Counted from the stretch's first letter, positions 1 through 16,324 are shown. The stretch: 64,000 nucleotides of DNA from Eledone cirrhosa (GCA_964016885.1 OZ024756.1:21514001-21578000), one strand, 5' to 3'. Numbers and translations are program-made. The notes: generated by a model from the sequence alone, not told the origin.

Positions 1-263
1 CATACATTCACATACACATCCCCCCTCTCTCTCTCTCGCTGTGTGATTTTTTTTTACCGGGAAAATTTAATTACGAAAATTAATTTGTCTTCTAATATTT
101 TTTTTTATCAAACTGTGCAAAACAATACTGACTACTACTACTACTACTACTAATACTACTATGGTTGTTGTGTTTCGGTGTTGTTTTGATTCGCGTGATG
201 TGGGACAAAACGTAACCAACACTCTTTGAGATGTCATATATTCACGCAAGCATGCATAGGTTC

Positions 264-982
264 ACACACACACACACACACACCCACATCCACACACCAA
301 CACACTCCCACCCACATCCACACACCAACACACTCCCACCCACATCAACACACCCCCACCCACATCCACACACCAACACACTCCCACCCACATCCACACT
401 CCAACACACACCCACCCACATCCACACTCCAACATACTCCCACCCACACACTCCCACCCACACACCAACACACTCGCACCCGCATCCACACACCAACACA
501 CTCCCACCCACATCCACACTCCAACACACTCCCACCCACATCCACACACCAACACACTCCCACCCACATCCACACTCCAACACACTCCCACCCACAATCG
601 CACGCACCCCCACCCCCACTCGCACGCACCCCACACTCGCTCGCACCCCACACTCGCTCGCACGCACTCCCACCGACACTCGCACGCACTCCCACCCACA
701 CTCGCACGCACTCCCTCCCACGCACACTCGCACGCACTCCCACCTACATTCGCACGCACTCCCACCTACATTCGCACGCACTCCCACCTACATTCGCACG
801 CACTCCCACCTACACTCGCACGCACACTCTCGCACACACTCTCGCGCACACTCTCGCGCACACACACACGCACACGCACACGCACACGCACACGCAATCG
901 CACACACTCGCACACACACACAATCGCACACACACACACTCGCACACACACTCGCACACACACACAGTCACGCTCACTCACT
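264..982. repeat. CA-rich degenerate minisatellite
   Basis: Repeats of cacactcccacccacatccacacaccaa grading into cacactcgcacg; explains the H/T/P-rich ORFs. Confidence 0.9.
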
Positions 983-2750
983 CATATATATATCTATATA
1001 TGTGCATATCCCACTCTTTCTATATATATATGTGAATACATACATATATATATATACATATATGCGTGTGTGAATGTGTGTGTATATATATATATACATA
1101 TAAACGCATACATCGGCATAGAGAGGAAGGTAAAATGGGAAACAGAAAGATAAACATGCATATGCTTGTATTGTAATTATATCTCCCATATTTTAACTGT
1201 TGGACATAGACATATTATTGGTGAAATACAAGTTTGATGTTCTAGTAATTAGTTTATACAACGTCTTCTCAAATTCCCCTCTGAATCCATACCCTTCTAT
1301 TCGTGAAATAGGTGTCAAATGTTATTTCTCCTGTTTACTGAGAAAATTCTTGAACAAGGCAAAGAACCTCGTAAGGCACCCTTTCCACGGTGTTTTCTTT
1401 GATTAGACTTTGTTTATATCTGGAATTTTCTGACTGAACACGATGCTTGCGAAGCTGTGTATTGTTACTCGCAATGGCTGTTGTCATTTTAAAGCAAGAC
1501 AAGGCATCAAAATCACTTTTATTTGATTGAGGTTCAAAGAACATCAATATTCTTTTAGTTTTGAAAGATTCAAACTCTGTTTTACGATATCTCTGTTCAT
1601 TTTTATCTTTCCTGGTTCCCTTTTGTTTTCTGTCCAGCTTAAAATGCTTTTGTTTGACGGTGTGTTTATCGTCGCCATTATATGTTGGATAATATCAATG
1701 TCAAAGATCTAAAAACAGCCTGAAAAAGTGTCTTCTTTTTCGCCAAATTGTGAATCAAATCACATGATTTGACATAGAAAATGTGATCTAAATTGGAAAA
1801 ATTAAAATCATAAAATGTAATCTAGAAACAAAATATTTGCCAAGTCTTTGGCTTTTATGTGCAGAATATTTGCTGCGCTACATAGCAGACCAAGTGACAT
1901 TGTACACGCTTTGATTGCAGATGTTGTTAATATTGATGGTATTTGCAGAATAACGATGGTGAAGAAAGCCTGCGATAAAGATGACTCCATTATTAACCAT
2001 GACATCATTTTACAGCTAATAACAACAAAAAACAACAATAAAATAATATTTGTACAGTTTTTGATGAGAGCGAAAGTTTGTCTAAGACTGGGTACTGTAT
2101 GGATTAAATATGAAGATATACCTACATTACGATCGTTATAAGTAAGATGACTGATAGATAATAGAACCATGTAAAATGTCGGAAAAGGTGCCTTGTAGTT
2201 TTTAGTCACATCATTTTCAAATGCCGCGAAGGTTGAATTTTCATTTCCGTGGAAGAAACTAAGTTTTGCTGCTGCGACTTGTTCTTTGCCTCCAAACTTG
2301 TCACTTACGCTCCAAACCCGGGATCCGCCGCTGTAAAGGGGGAGTGAGATTGTTAAATTCTGGGGCTTGAACAGCAGATTTTTCTTTGTACCGGTTTCCG
2401 TCGAGACCTCTGGTTTCCTTGGTACCCGCACAGTTGATTTCTTCCGGAAAGACGGCAGTCCGCTTGAGGAGTAAGGCCCGTGAGTTGGGATGGCTTTTAC
2501 AGCGGGTGTCTCTGACCATTCTCCGTGGTAAAGCCTTTGCCAATTTGTGCTCGGAGTGCCGCTAAGGCACAGATCAAATTGGGGTGTAGTGTCTGTTGTA
2601 CCCTCACCTTTCGCTGCTTGATTCTTTTTTCTTTTTCTTTTTTATTTCCTTTTCTCTCTTTTTCTTCTACCATTTTTTTGCTCCCTTTAATAGTTTTTTC
2701 TTTTTATAAAAAACTTTGTAAAATTCACAATGTTATTTATACAATTCTAA

Positions 2751-2970
2751 GGGTGGTGGATAGGCAGTATCGGTAGAGCGTCAGACACCATGCTTTGCAG
2801 CATAAATTTATGGCATTAAAACTAGTTCGTAGTTCAAATCACGGTGAGGTTAGCTTTGCCTTTCATCCTTACGGGGTCGAGAAAAAAAGCAACGGTAATG
2901 CACTGGGATTGATTTGATCGGCTTTCTCCTCCCCCCAAAATTGCTGGCCTTGTGCCTATAGTAGAAATCG
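2751..2970 (+). mobile_element. tRNA-derived SINE (family S1)
   Basis: A-box-like ggtggataggcagtatcggtagagcg, B-box-like agttcaaatc, core ctttgcctttcatccttacggggtcga and tail ttgctggccttgtgcc, shared with many copies in the window. Confidence 0.85.
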
Positions 2971-3484
2971 TTATGTAAACAATTCTGAATAATAACTAGC
3001 ATTTTGAAAGAAAAAAAAAATTGCAATGAAGTTGATTCCATCCATCTACCCTGCTTTTCTTCGAATCGCTGGTTACGAGCCTAAATTAGAAAAAAATAAA
3101 GGGAAATTGATTGGCAGAGTTATTAGAGCATGGGATGTAACGCTTTGCTGTGTTTGTTTAGATTTTCAAGGCTGGGTATTGAAATACCGTCAATGTAAGC
3201 ACAGATTTTTCAACTTTCCGGGGTCGATAAAATAAAGTACTGGGGTCTATTTAACAGATTTCGCCCCCACCACTATTACATATGCTATTCTACTCTCACC
3301 ACTTAATGTAATGGTTATACTTCAACACAATATATACATTTATGTTCTCCTCAATAGTCTAACTATTTTCATGAGACAACAATACGAAACAATTTTCTAT
3401 TGAACAACAACAATTGCAAGAAAACAAAACAAAGAAAGAAAGACACGCACGCATACTGAACAGAGGTAAAGGATAGTCGATGGT

Positions 3485-3720
3485 TATATAGACATATGTG
3501 TGTGTTTATGTATATATATGTGTGTGTTTATGAATGTATATATATATATGTGTGTGTTTATGTATGTATATATATGTGTGTGTTTATGAATGTATATATG
3601 TGTGTTTATGTATGTGTGTGTGTGTTTATGTATATATATGTGTGTGTGTTTATGTATATATATGTGTGTGTGTTTATGTATATATATGTATGTGTATTTA
3701 TGTATATATATGTGTATTGA

Positions 3721-3751
<31 letters not shown>

Positions 3752-3896
3752 GTCTGTGCGTGTATGTGTGTGTGTGTATATCTATATGTGTGTTTTTGTG
3801 TGTGTGCGTGTATATACATATATATATATATATATGATGTGCATACACAGATACATACACACACACACACACACACGTGTGTATCTGTGTATGCAC

Positions 3897-3932
<36 letters not shown>

Positions 3933-4590
3933 CACGCACACACACAAAAATATATATATATACACACACAAATCATAACTTGATTTATTGAAGAATATGA
4001 AATAATTGGGTTCATGATATCAACGTGCATATATATATATATATATATATACAATTACATACACACCTATTTGTGTGTATGTATATATATATATATATAT
4101 ATATAGTATACAAGTGTGTGTGTATATAGAGGCGTTACTGATACGGGTATAGATAGAGTGCGAGTGAAAGAGAAGAGGTGTGACTGGGTGGAGAGGAAGA
4201 TCTTGTACAAGGTTGTAATTCTATAACATATAATAATTGAATTCACTTAGATTTATGTCTATAATATATTTTTATACGTATATATTATGTATATATATTG
4301 TGCACACGCACGTTATGTGCGTATATATTATGTATATACATTGTGCACACGCACGTTATGTACGTATATATGTTTATGTATATATGTATATATATGTATA
4401 TGTATATATGTATATATATGTATGTATATATTTATATATATGTATGTATATATGTATATATATATGTATGTATATATATATGTATATATATATGTGTATA
4501 TATATATATGTATAAATGTATATATGTATATATATATGTATATATGTATATATGTATGTATATGTATATATGTATGTATATGTATATATG

Positions 4591-4643
<53 letters not shown>

Positions 4644-5571
4644 GTATATGTATATATGTATATATATATGTATATATATGTATATATATATGTATATATA
4701 TGTATATATATATATGTATATATATATATGTATATATATATATGTATATATATATATGTATATATATATATGTATATATATATATGTATATATATATATG
4801 TATATATATATTTGTATATATATATTGGTATATGTATGTATATATGTATATGTATATATGTATATATATGTATATATATATGTATATATGTATATATGTA
4901 TATATATATGTATATATGTATATATATGTGTATATGTATATATGTATATATATGTGTATATGTATATATATGTATATATGTGTATATATGTGTATATGTG
5001 TTATATGTGTATATGTGTATATATGTGTATATGTATGTATGTGTATATGTATATATGTGTATATGTGTATATGTGTAATATGTGTGTATATTGTATATAT
5101 GTGTGTATATGTATATATATGTGTATATGTATATATGTGTATATGTATATATGTGTATATGTATTATATGTATATATGTGTATATGTATATATGTGTATA
5201 TGTATATATGTGTATATGTATATATGTGTATATGTATATATATATATATGTATATATGTGTATATATATATATGTGTATATATATATATATGTGTATATA
5301 TATATATATGTGTATATATATATATATGTGTATATATATATATATGTATATATATGTATATATGTTATATGTATATATATGTATGTGTATATATATATAT
5401 ATGTATATATGTGTATGTGTATATGTATATATATGTGTATATATATATATATGTATATATGTGTATATGTATATATATGTGTATAGTATATATATATGTA
5501 TATATGTGTATAGGTATATATTGTATGTGTATATATATATATATGTATATATGTGTATATGTATATATATG

Positions 5572-5604
<33 letters not shown>

Positions 5605-5701
5605 GTGTATATGTATATATATATATATATATGTATATATATGTATATATGTGTATATGTATATATATATATATGTATATATATGTATATATGTGTATAT
5701 G

Positions 5702-5732
<31 letters not shown>

Positions 5733-5832
5733 GTATAATTATATATATATATGTATATATATATGGTATATATATGTGTATATGTATATATGTATGTATA
5801 TATATATATGTATATATATGTATATATATATG

Positions 5833-5863
<31 letters not shown>

Positions 5864-7915
5864 GTGTATATATATATATATGTGTATATATATATGTATA
5901 GTATATGTATATATATGTGTATATGTATATATATATGTATATATATATATATGTGTATATATATATATATATGTGTATATATATATGTATATGTATATGT
6001 ATATATGTATATGTATATATATATGTATATATATAGTATATATGTATATATATATGTATATATATATATGTATATATATATGTATATATATATGTATATA
6101 TATATGTATATATATATGTATATATATATGTATATATATATGTATATATATGTATATATATATGTATATATATATATGTATATATATATGTATATATATA
6201 TGTGTATATATATATGTGTATATATATATGTATATATGCATATGTATATATATATGATATATATGCATATGTATATATGCATATGTATATATGTATATAT
6301 ATATGTATATATATGTATATATATGTATATATATGTATATATATATGTATATGTATATATGTATATGTATATGTATATATATATGTATATGTATATATAT
6401 GTATATGTAATGTATATATATGTATATGTATATATATATGTATATGTATATATATGGTATATGTATATATATGTGTATATGTATATATATGTTATATGTA
6501 TATATATTGTATATATATGTATATGTATATGTATATGTATATATGTATATATATGTATTATATGTATATATATGTATATATGTATATATATGTATATATG
6601 TATGTATATGTATATATGTATATGTATATATATATATATGTATGTATATATATATATGTATGCATATGTATATATATATGTATGTATATGTATATATATG
6701 TATGTATATGTGTATATATATATGTATATGTATATATATATGTATATGTGTATATATATATATGTATATGTATATATATGTATATGTATATATATATATA
6801 TGTATATGTGTATATATATATGTATGTATATGTATATATATATAAGTGTATATGTGTATATATATGTATGTATATGTGTATATATATATGTATGTATATG
6901 TGTATATATATATGTATATATATATGTATGTATATGTATATATATATGTAGGTATGTATGTATATATATGTATGTATATGTATATGTATATGTATATATA
7001 TATATGTATGTATATGTGTATGTATATGTGTATATATATATGTATGTATATGTATATATGTATATGTAATATATATATATGTATGTATATGTATATGTAT
7101 ATATATATATGTATATATATATATGTATGTATATGTATATGTGTATATGTATATGTGTATATGTATATATATATGTAGTATATGTATATATATATATGTA
7201 TATGTATGTATATATGTATATATGTATGTATATATGTATATATGTATGTATATATGTATATATGTATATGTATATATGTATATGTATATATATATGTATA
7301 TATATATGTATAAATGTATATATATATGCACATATACATAAATATATTTACATGATTATACACATATATATATATGTATATATGTATATATATATGCGCG
7401 CATAAACATAAATATATTTACATGATTATACACATATATATATGTATATATATATGTATATATATATATATGCGCATAAACATAAATATATTTACATGAT
7501 TATACACATATATATATGTATATATATATGTATATATATATATATGCGCATAACATAAATATATTTACATGATTATACACATATATATATGTATATATAT
7601 ATGTATATATATATATATGCACATATACATAATATTTACATGATTATACACATATATATATGTATATATATATGTATATATATATATATATATGCACATA
7701 TACATAAATATATTTACATGATTATACACATATATGTATATATATATATATGCACATATACATAAATATATTTACATGATTATACACATATATATATATA
7801 TATATATGCACATATACATAAATATATTTACATGATTATACTTATATACATATATATATATAGATATATATATGTCTATATATATATGCCCATATACATA
7901 CATATATTTATATAT
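3485..7915. repeat. (TA)n/(TATG)n/(TG)n microsatellite block, with a ~60-bp minisatellite at 7320-7850
   Basis: Direct reading; unit gcacatatacataaatatatttacatgattatacacatatatat. Confidence 0.95.
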
Positions 7916-8105
7916 AGGAAAGAGTATGACCCCGACGGCAGAGCTCAAGCCATTTCGACGGCTATTTCTGGATTGAAATAGCCGTCGAAACGGCTTGAGC
8001 TCTGCCGTCGGAGTCATACTTTATCCTATTACCCACTCTACTACCCTAAGTATTGAGTACTCTGGTGCGTTATGGTCCATCTGGTTCCTTACCCCAAATC
8101 CTTGG

Positions 8106-8107
<2 letters not shown>
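7916..8107 (+). mobile_element. Fold-back mini-element, family B (3' half of a hammerhead)
   Basis: Hairpin 7916-8028 plus tail; GAAA-cggc..gccg-TC at 7987-8009; (TA)n flanks; homologues at 21341, 50337 and 50570. Confidence 0.75.
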
Positions 8108-8168
<61 letters not shown>

Positions 8169-8238
8169 TATATACCATATATATATGAATATATACATAT
8201 ATATATATTTATACATATATATACATATATATATATTT

Positions 8239-8274
<36 letters not shown>

Positions 8275-8275
<1 letters not shown>

Positions 8276-8504
8276 ATATTAACAAATGTAAACTATATTT
8301 ATAAAACCCTATTTATTTCATTGGCCACCAAGGCAAACTATGGTGCGCTTTCATCAGAGAAAATATAATATAGGTTAGTTTTATAAATAAATATTGACAT
8401 ACCCTTAAAAAATGCAACCATTCTCGTTGGAATGTCCTGTATATTTACTACAATAATTTCTTGAGTGCTTGTTGTATCCTAACAAATTAAATATAACCTC
8501 TACA
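8275..8504. mobile_element. Rearranged family A-related mini-element
   Basis: Minus arm with CTGATGAaagcgcacc (as at 38715) joined to a plus-strand 3' end ttgagtgctt...aaatataacc; (TA)n flanks. Confidence 0.65.
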
Positions 8505-9119
<615 letters not shown>

Positions 9120-9354
9120 TGCGTCATTGAATTGATTGTTACACAGCTTATAATATAATCGAGTTTACTTACCAGCCAACCAATATATATCGATAAAGCA
9201 ACATAGAACCGCTTCTGTCGATTCTATGAAGGCGAGGCAAATATAAATGATGCTAATTAACACATAGATATTTAATAGTTTTGCGTTCGTTTATCGCTGA
9301 ATTCATTTACCGAATTCTTTCTTAACAGAGATCTATAAGATTCTTACAAGCAAC

Positions 9355-9500
9355 TCAATAATTTTCTTTGTTGGAAGGTTCCATAGATTTTGCGATCCTC
9401 AAAGAAGGAGGAAAGAAGTTTATTTTTGGAACGTGTTTTGGATAGTGTTTGAGGACCATATTCATAATTTCCGTTCTTTGTGATGAAGCGATATTGTAGT
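9355..9500 (-). CDS. Candidate terminal coding exon of an unknown host gene
   Basis: Acceptor-like tccctccattcag, then open frame (D)[47 protein letters not shown] in unique sequence; downstream ATTAAA at ~9271-9276; no recognised homology. Confidence 0.3.
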
Positions 9501-9564
9501 CTGAATGGAGGGATATATGAATAAATACATACAAATGTATTGTATTGTATTGTATGTTCATATG

Positions 9565-11651
<2,087 letters not shown>

Positions 11652-12237
11652 TTTCGTTTCTGAATTTGTTTAGCAAGATTCTTTATCTGAAAACGTGTGT
11701 TGAAACCGATATTGTTATACTTTGGGAGGGTCATGTTGCCAATAAGAAACACACGCACCAGTTGCTATCACTTCAATTTATTATAATAAATTTATAAATT
11801 TAAGAATTTATAAATTTCCGGTTGGTTGGTTGGTTCCACAACCAGATGGCTGTTTATATATTGTCAAAGTTCTTTCGTCACACATTCTGTGACCTTTTCA
11901 GTGACTGGGGATTCTTTTCTTTGTTTTCTGTGCCTCTCCTTTGTTCTGTCCTACGCCATCTTGGTTTTTTTTTTTTTTAAACAAGATGGCGTAGGACAGA
12001 ACAAAGGAGAGGCACAGAAAACAAAGAAAATAATCCCCAGTCACTGAAAAGATCACATAATGTGTGACGAAAGAACTTTGACAATATATAAACAACCATC
12101 TGGTTGTGCAACCAACCAACCAACCGGAAATTTATAAATTCCTAAATTTATAAATTTATTATAATAAATTGAAGTGAAACCTTGTGGTGCGTGTGTTTCT
12201 TATTGGCAACATGACCCTCCCAAATTATAACAATATA
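11652..12237. mobile_element. Fold-back PLE pLTR-like element, family C
   Basis: Inverted arms ~11710-11963 and ~11982-12237, one HHR motif per arm; (TA)n flanks; homologue at 49562-49937. Confidence 0.8.
12040..12082 (+). ncRNA. Type I hammerhead motif with G8A core (mirror copy 11863-11905, minus)
   Basis: gtca-CTGAAAA-gatcacat aat gtgtgac-GAAA-gaac-TT-tgac; the 49785 homologue has canonical CTGAAGA. Confidence 0.6.
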
Positions 12238-12438
12238 AATATATATATAAATATATATATATATATAAATATATATATAAATATAAATATAAATATATAT
12301 ATAAATATATATATATATAAATATATATAAATATATATAAATATATATATAAATATATATATATATAAATATATAAAAATATATATATAAATATATATAT
12401 ATATAAATATATAAAAATATATATATATATATAAAAAT

Positions 12439-12469
<31 letters not shown>

Positions 12470-12480
12470 AATATATAAAT

Positions 12481-12525
<45 letters not shown>

Positions 12526-12946
12526 TATATATATATAAGTATATATAAATATATATATATATATATATAAATATATATATATATAAGTATATATAAATAT
12601 ATATATATATAAGTATATATAAATATATATAAGTATATATATATATATAAGTATATATAAATATATATATATATATATATAAATATATATATATATAAGT
12701 ATATATAAATATATATATATATAAGTATATATAAATATATATAAGTATATATATATATATAAGTATATATAAATATATAAGTATATATAAATATATATAT
12801 ATAAGTATATATATATATATAAATATATATATAAATATATATATATAAGTATATATAAATATATATATATAAGTATATATAAATATATATATAAATATAT
12901 ATATATAAGTATATATAAATATATATTTATTAAAACAACAGATTAA

Positions 12947-12997
12947 AGTTTAAGCAAAGAATCGCTGCTTTCACCCTTAACGGGATCTTCTGAAACT
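12947..12997 (-). ncRNA. Hammerhead motif in the PLE 3' pLTR (U4A variant)
   Basis: agttt-CAGAAGA-t ccc gttaa ggg t-GAAA-gca gcgattctt tgc-TT-aaact; stems I, II and III all pair. Confidence 0.6.
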
Positions 12998-13925
12998 AAC
13001 AAAGGTAATCTGTGAACGCAGAAGTGAATATTAAAAAAAACGTTGCAACCGTAGGAAGACAGGAAGACGATACTTTGGTTCGTGGAAACGTTCCCAGGCA
13101 AAGAACGGGAAAAAAACGAATATAATACGTCTTTATTTGGAGCGTGAAATACACGCAAATACAAAACCATGTTTATGGTATAAAAGAAGTCGTAGACTAA
13201 TATTCTATTAGGTGGTTCATAGAGACGTTCTCTGGCAATGAACGGAAAAAAACCAAGATAATACGTCATATGTGGAGCGTAGAGAACAATTGCACGCAAA
13301 GACAAAACCACGTAAATGGTATAACAGAAGTCGTAGACTAAAATTCTAACTAGGAAACCGAATGATTCTCGGTTTCAGAGTTAACAATAAAGTAAATAAA
13401 ATACAGAGGTAATTGAAATTAAATAAATACATACACGCATCATATACGTACATACACAAGCATACGCGAAAATACTCGCCATAGGTATACAAATACACGC
13501 ACACATATATATATATATATGTGTGTGCGTGTATTCAAATAATTAAATAAACGTATATAAATAAATAAATACATACGTATATAACAAGCGCACACACATA
13601 CCTACATGTAAATACACATATGTTCGGAGACGAACGTCAACCAAAACACGAAGTACACATATACACACACCCTACATACGTACGAACCCGCATACTCACA
13701 CAGAGGCAAAACTCACGTATACACATAACCAAAAGCATATGTACCAGAATATATAAAAAAATATACGCCATAACATATACAATCAAATATACGTATGAGA
13801 AAGTATACGTACCTTCACAAAACATAGAGGTAATATATACTTACCTAAACAAATAAGTAATGGTATAAACATAACATATACTTAGCTACCACATCAGGAT
13901 GTAAAATATCCGCGTATAGTTCGTA

Positions 13926-14666
13926 CTATCCGTTAGGGTATAATGCGGGGCTGTAATACAGGAAAGTTTTGTGCAATTTATGTTTACAAGCCGAAATTGC
14001 CTCAGATTTTTTGTTTAAGATGTGGTCTTTGGCGTAGAGTATTTCCAGGGCCTCAGCGGCGCAGAGGTCACATGGTCTTTTATTTCCGTTATACGATCTA
14101 GCCCTAGCTAGGATCTCCCAGTGTAACTTATATTGGGTGTGGTTGTCTTTTAGATTCCAGATATAAGCTGAAATTGACGTCATATTCCTTCTTAAAGGGT
14201 AACGAAAAGAATGGGTATGCATGTAAAGACGCTGCTTGAATCTATTGGCGGTTAACCCTATGTAGACCCTACGGGACGTGGGTGTTTCAACCTTACATTT
14301 GTAGACAATGTTACTAGAGAGGCATTTCCCGGATAGGGGGCAGTCAACCCGATTCCTACAATTACAGTTAGTACTAACTACAGGGTTGCACGTGTTCCTA
14401 CGGCTAGGTAGTTTAGTTAAATTTGGAGCTGTGATGTTACGTGTAATGTTAGGAGTCGTAGAGTAAGACATTTTAATAGTATTTCTATTAAAAATTTTAC
14501 TATATTTATGTGTAGGGGGAAAATGTTTCGTAATAAGGGAGAGAAAGATCTTAGCTAATGGTGTGGCCACCTCCATATTATATGGTGGGTTATACCATAT
14601 AATGCGTCGGGATCTATTTCTTCTAGGTCTATTCTCGTACTCTGTATATGCTACCTTAGTCTTCAA
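13926..14666 (-). CDS. PLE C-terminal linker plus GIY-YIG endonuclease; RT domain missing; most like the Naiad type
   Basis: WYNPPY, KHFPPTH..KIFNRNTIKMSYS, Zn linker CNCRxxxxCPLxGxC, IVY...YIGLT, FKQR..H..SF, IWNLK, CDLC..E, LNKKSE..S.CKH; 246 open codons. Confidence 0.9.
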   Translation of the reverse strand: MKTKVAYTEYENRPRRNRSRRIIWYNPPYNMEVATPLAKIFLSLITKHFPPTHKYSKIFNRNTIKMSYSTTPNITRNITAPNLTKLPSRRNTCNPVVSTNCNCRNRVDCPLSGKCLSSNIVYKCKVETPTSRRVYIGLTANRFKQRLYMHTHSFRYPLRRNMTSISAYIWNLKDNHTQYKLHWEILARARSYNGNKRPCDLCAAEALEILYAKDHILNKKSEAISACKHKLHKTFLYYSPALYPNG

Positions 14667-14684
14667 ATTTATTTTTATTATTAC

Positions 14685-14715
<31 letters not shown>

Positions 14716-15456
14716 GCCTGTATATATGTGTGAGTACATGCCTGTGTGTGAGTGTGTGTATATATATATATATATATATCTGTGTGTGTGGATATAATTC
14801 ATGTTTGTTCCTTTTCTTAGTCTCGTCTATGTTTCTACTTAACATTTCGAACGTAAGTTGTTCATCGGAAAAAGAGAATGTAAAGATTCTTTTCATACTA
14901 CATCAGACTTCAATCTAGTATACATATATTATCATCATTGTGATCTATTGTTCTACCGTGTTGTTTTCCTTTCCGGCCTTTTCGCATTTACGAAATATTA
15001 TGTAAGTTTCCGCGCCTTCAAAAAAAAAAATATATTGCGCTCAGAAAAATACACAAACACATATATAAATTGTCTGGTCTGTTATATAATTGTATTTTTT
15101 CCTCTTTATTTCAGGTGCACTCCGACACTTTGCAGGTTTCATGGGTAAGATTTTATGGCAATTAATTCATCTAAAAAACAGCTTAGTAGTAGTTGTTGTT
15201 GTTGTTTTAGTAATATTAGTGGCAGTAGTTTTGTTGTGTAAGTTGTTATTGTTGTTACTAATCTTATATATATTTAAGAATATAAAGAAGATAAGGGTAA
15301 TATTATACGTTACCCGATTACCAGTAAGAAAAGTAGCTCAATGTAAAATATAAATAATGCGCCGATGATTCCAGGCTATATCTGGCTGAAGCGATCGTAA
15401 GCTATTAAATGTTTTAAACACAATTTGATTATTTATGTTGTATGTATGTATGTATG

Positions 15457-15490
<34 letters not shown>

Positions 15491-15493
<3 letters not shown>

Positions 15494-16180
15494 AGTAAAG
15501 CAACAGAGTAAAGCACTCGCGTATATCCCGTAATATAATGAGCTTAAAGGAAAACATTCCTGGGCACTTCAAAATACAACATACAGAGGAAAGAACACAG
15601 GAGAGTTTGTTTTCATTTACAGAGGGTAAACCTTTCCTAGCTTATATGTTTTTCACGCCAGTGGTCTTAAACCCCCTGTAAATGAAAACAGGCTCTCCTG
15701 TGTTTTTTCCTCTCTATGTTGTATTTTGAAGTGCCCAGGAATTTGTTCCTTTGAGTTCATTAAATCACAGGGATATATGCGAGTCCTTTACTCCGTTGCT
15801 TTACTTGATATATAACTCCTAACGTTTCCGTTTGTTGAGCACTATAATGGTTATAAGCTGCCATTTCTAGCGGTTTCTTGTTCTATTCCTACCACTAGTC
15901 ACTGCCTCACGCACGCATTCTCGTTCCATTAACACGTGCTTTAGGTCTCCTTAGTAATGAGGCCCATATCGGCTTAACACATTCTGACGATCCAGGCTGA
16001 ATTGGTCCCCACTTATTTAAGATGAAACATTCTCCTAGTGAGTCTGTACATGTGTGATTTAGTTAAAAGGTTGGTTATTTCATTTTAATTTATCCTTTTA
16101 ATTATAATGTATCTCCCAAACCTCTCGTAGCTTATACGTCTTTCACGCTGGTGGTCTTATACCCTCTGTAAATGAAAACA
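15491..16180 (+). mobile_element. Fold-back plus partial-tandem pLTR-like element with degenerate HHR (15977-16055)
   Basis: Inverted arm 15491-15627 vs ~15672-15810; 15628-15690 recurs at 16118-16180 (period ~490); acacat(t)-CTGACGA...GAAA-ca..tg-TA-(c)atgtgt. Confidence 0.7.
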
Positions 16181-16186
16181 CACACA

Positions 16187-16258
<72 letters not shown>

Positions 16259-16324
16259 ATCTCTCTCTCTATCATATAAAGACTGATATCTATCTATCAC
16301 ACACACATATATCTATATATATAT

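Larger units (their letters stand above)
12927..14670 (-). mobile_element. 5'-truncated Penelope-like retroelement
   Basis: GIY-YIG ORF followed by a ~1 kb 3' region with a ~135-bp dimer (13075-13350) and an HHR motif, ending in (TA)n. Confidence 0.8.

Noticed and set aside
1290-1400. Faint piggyBac-like peptide (GEITFDTYFT, minus); similar hints near 52050-52250
   Set aside because: Too short and interrupted to support without a profile search
11652-12237. Interpreting the fold-backs as DNA-transposon MITEs or all as assembly chimeras
   Set aside because: Arms are asymmetric with a one-sided tail, apices differ between copies, non-folded homologues exist, and several arm pairs have diverged; only the perfect ones still need read confirmation
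14832-14875. Minus-strand CCGATGA...GAAA motif
   Set aside because: Core mutated and stems II/III do not close properly; at best a decayed relic
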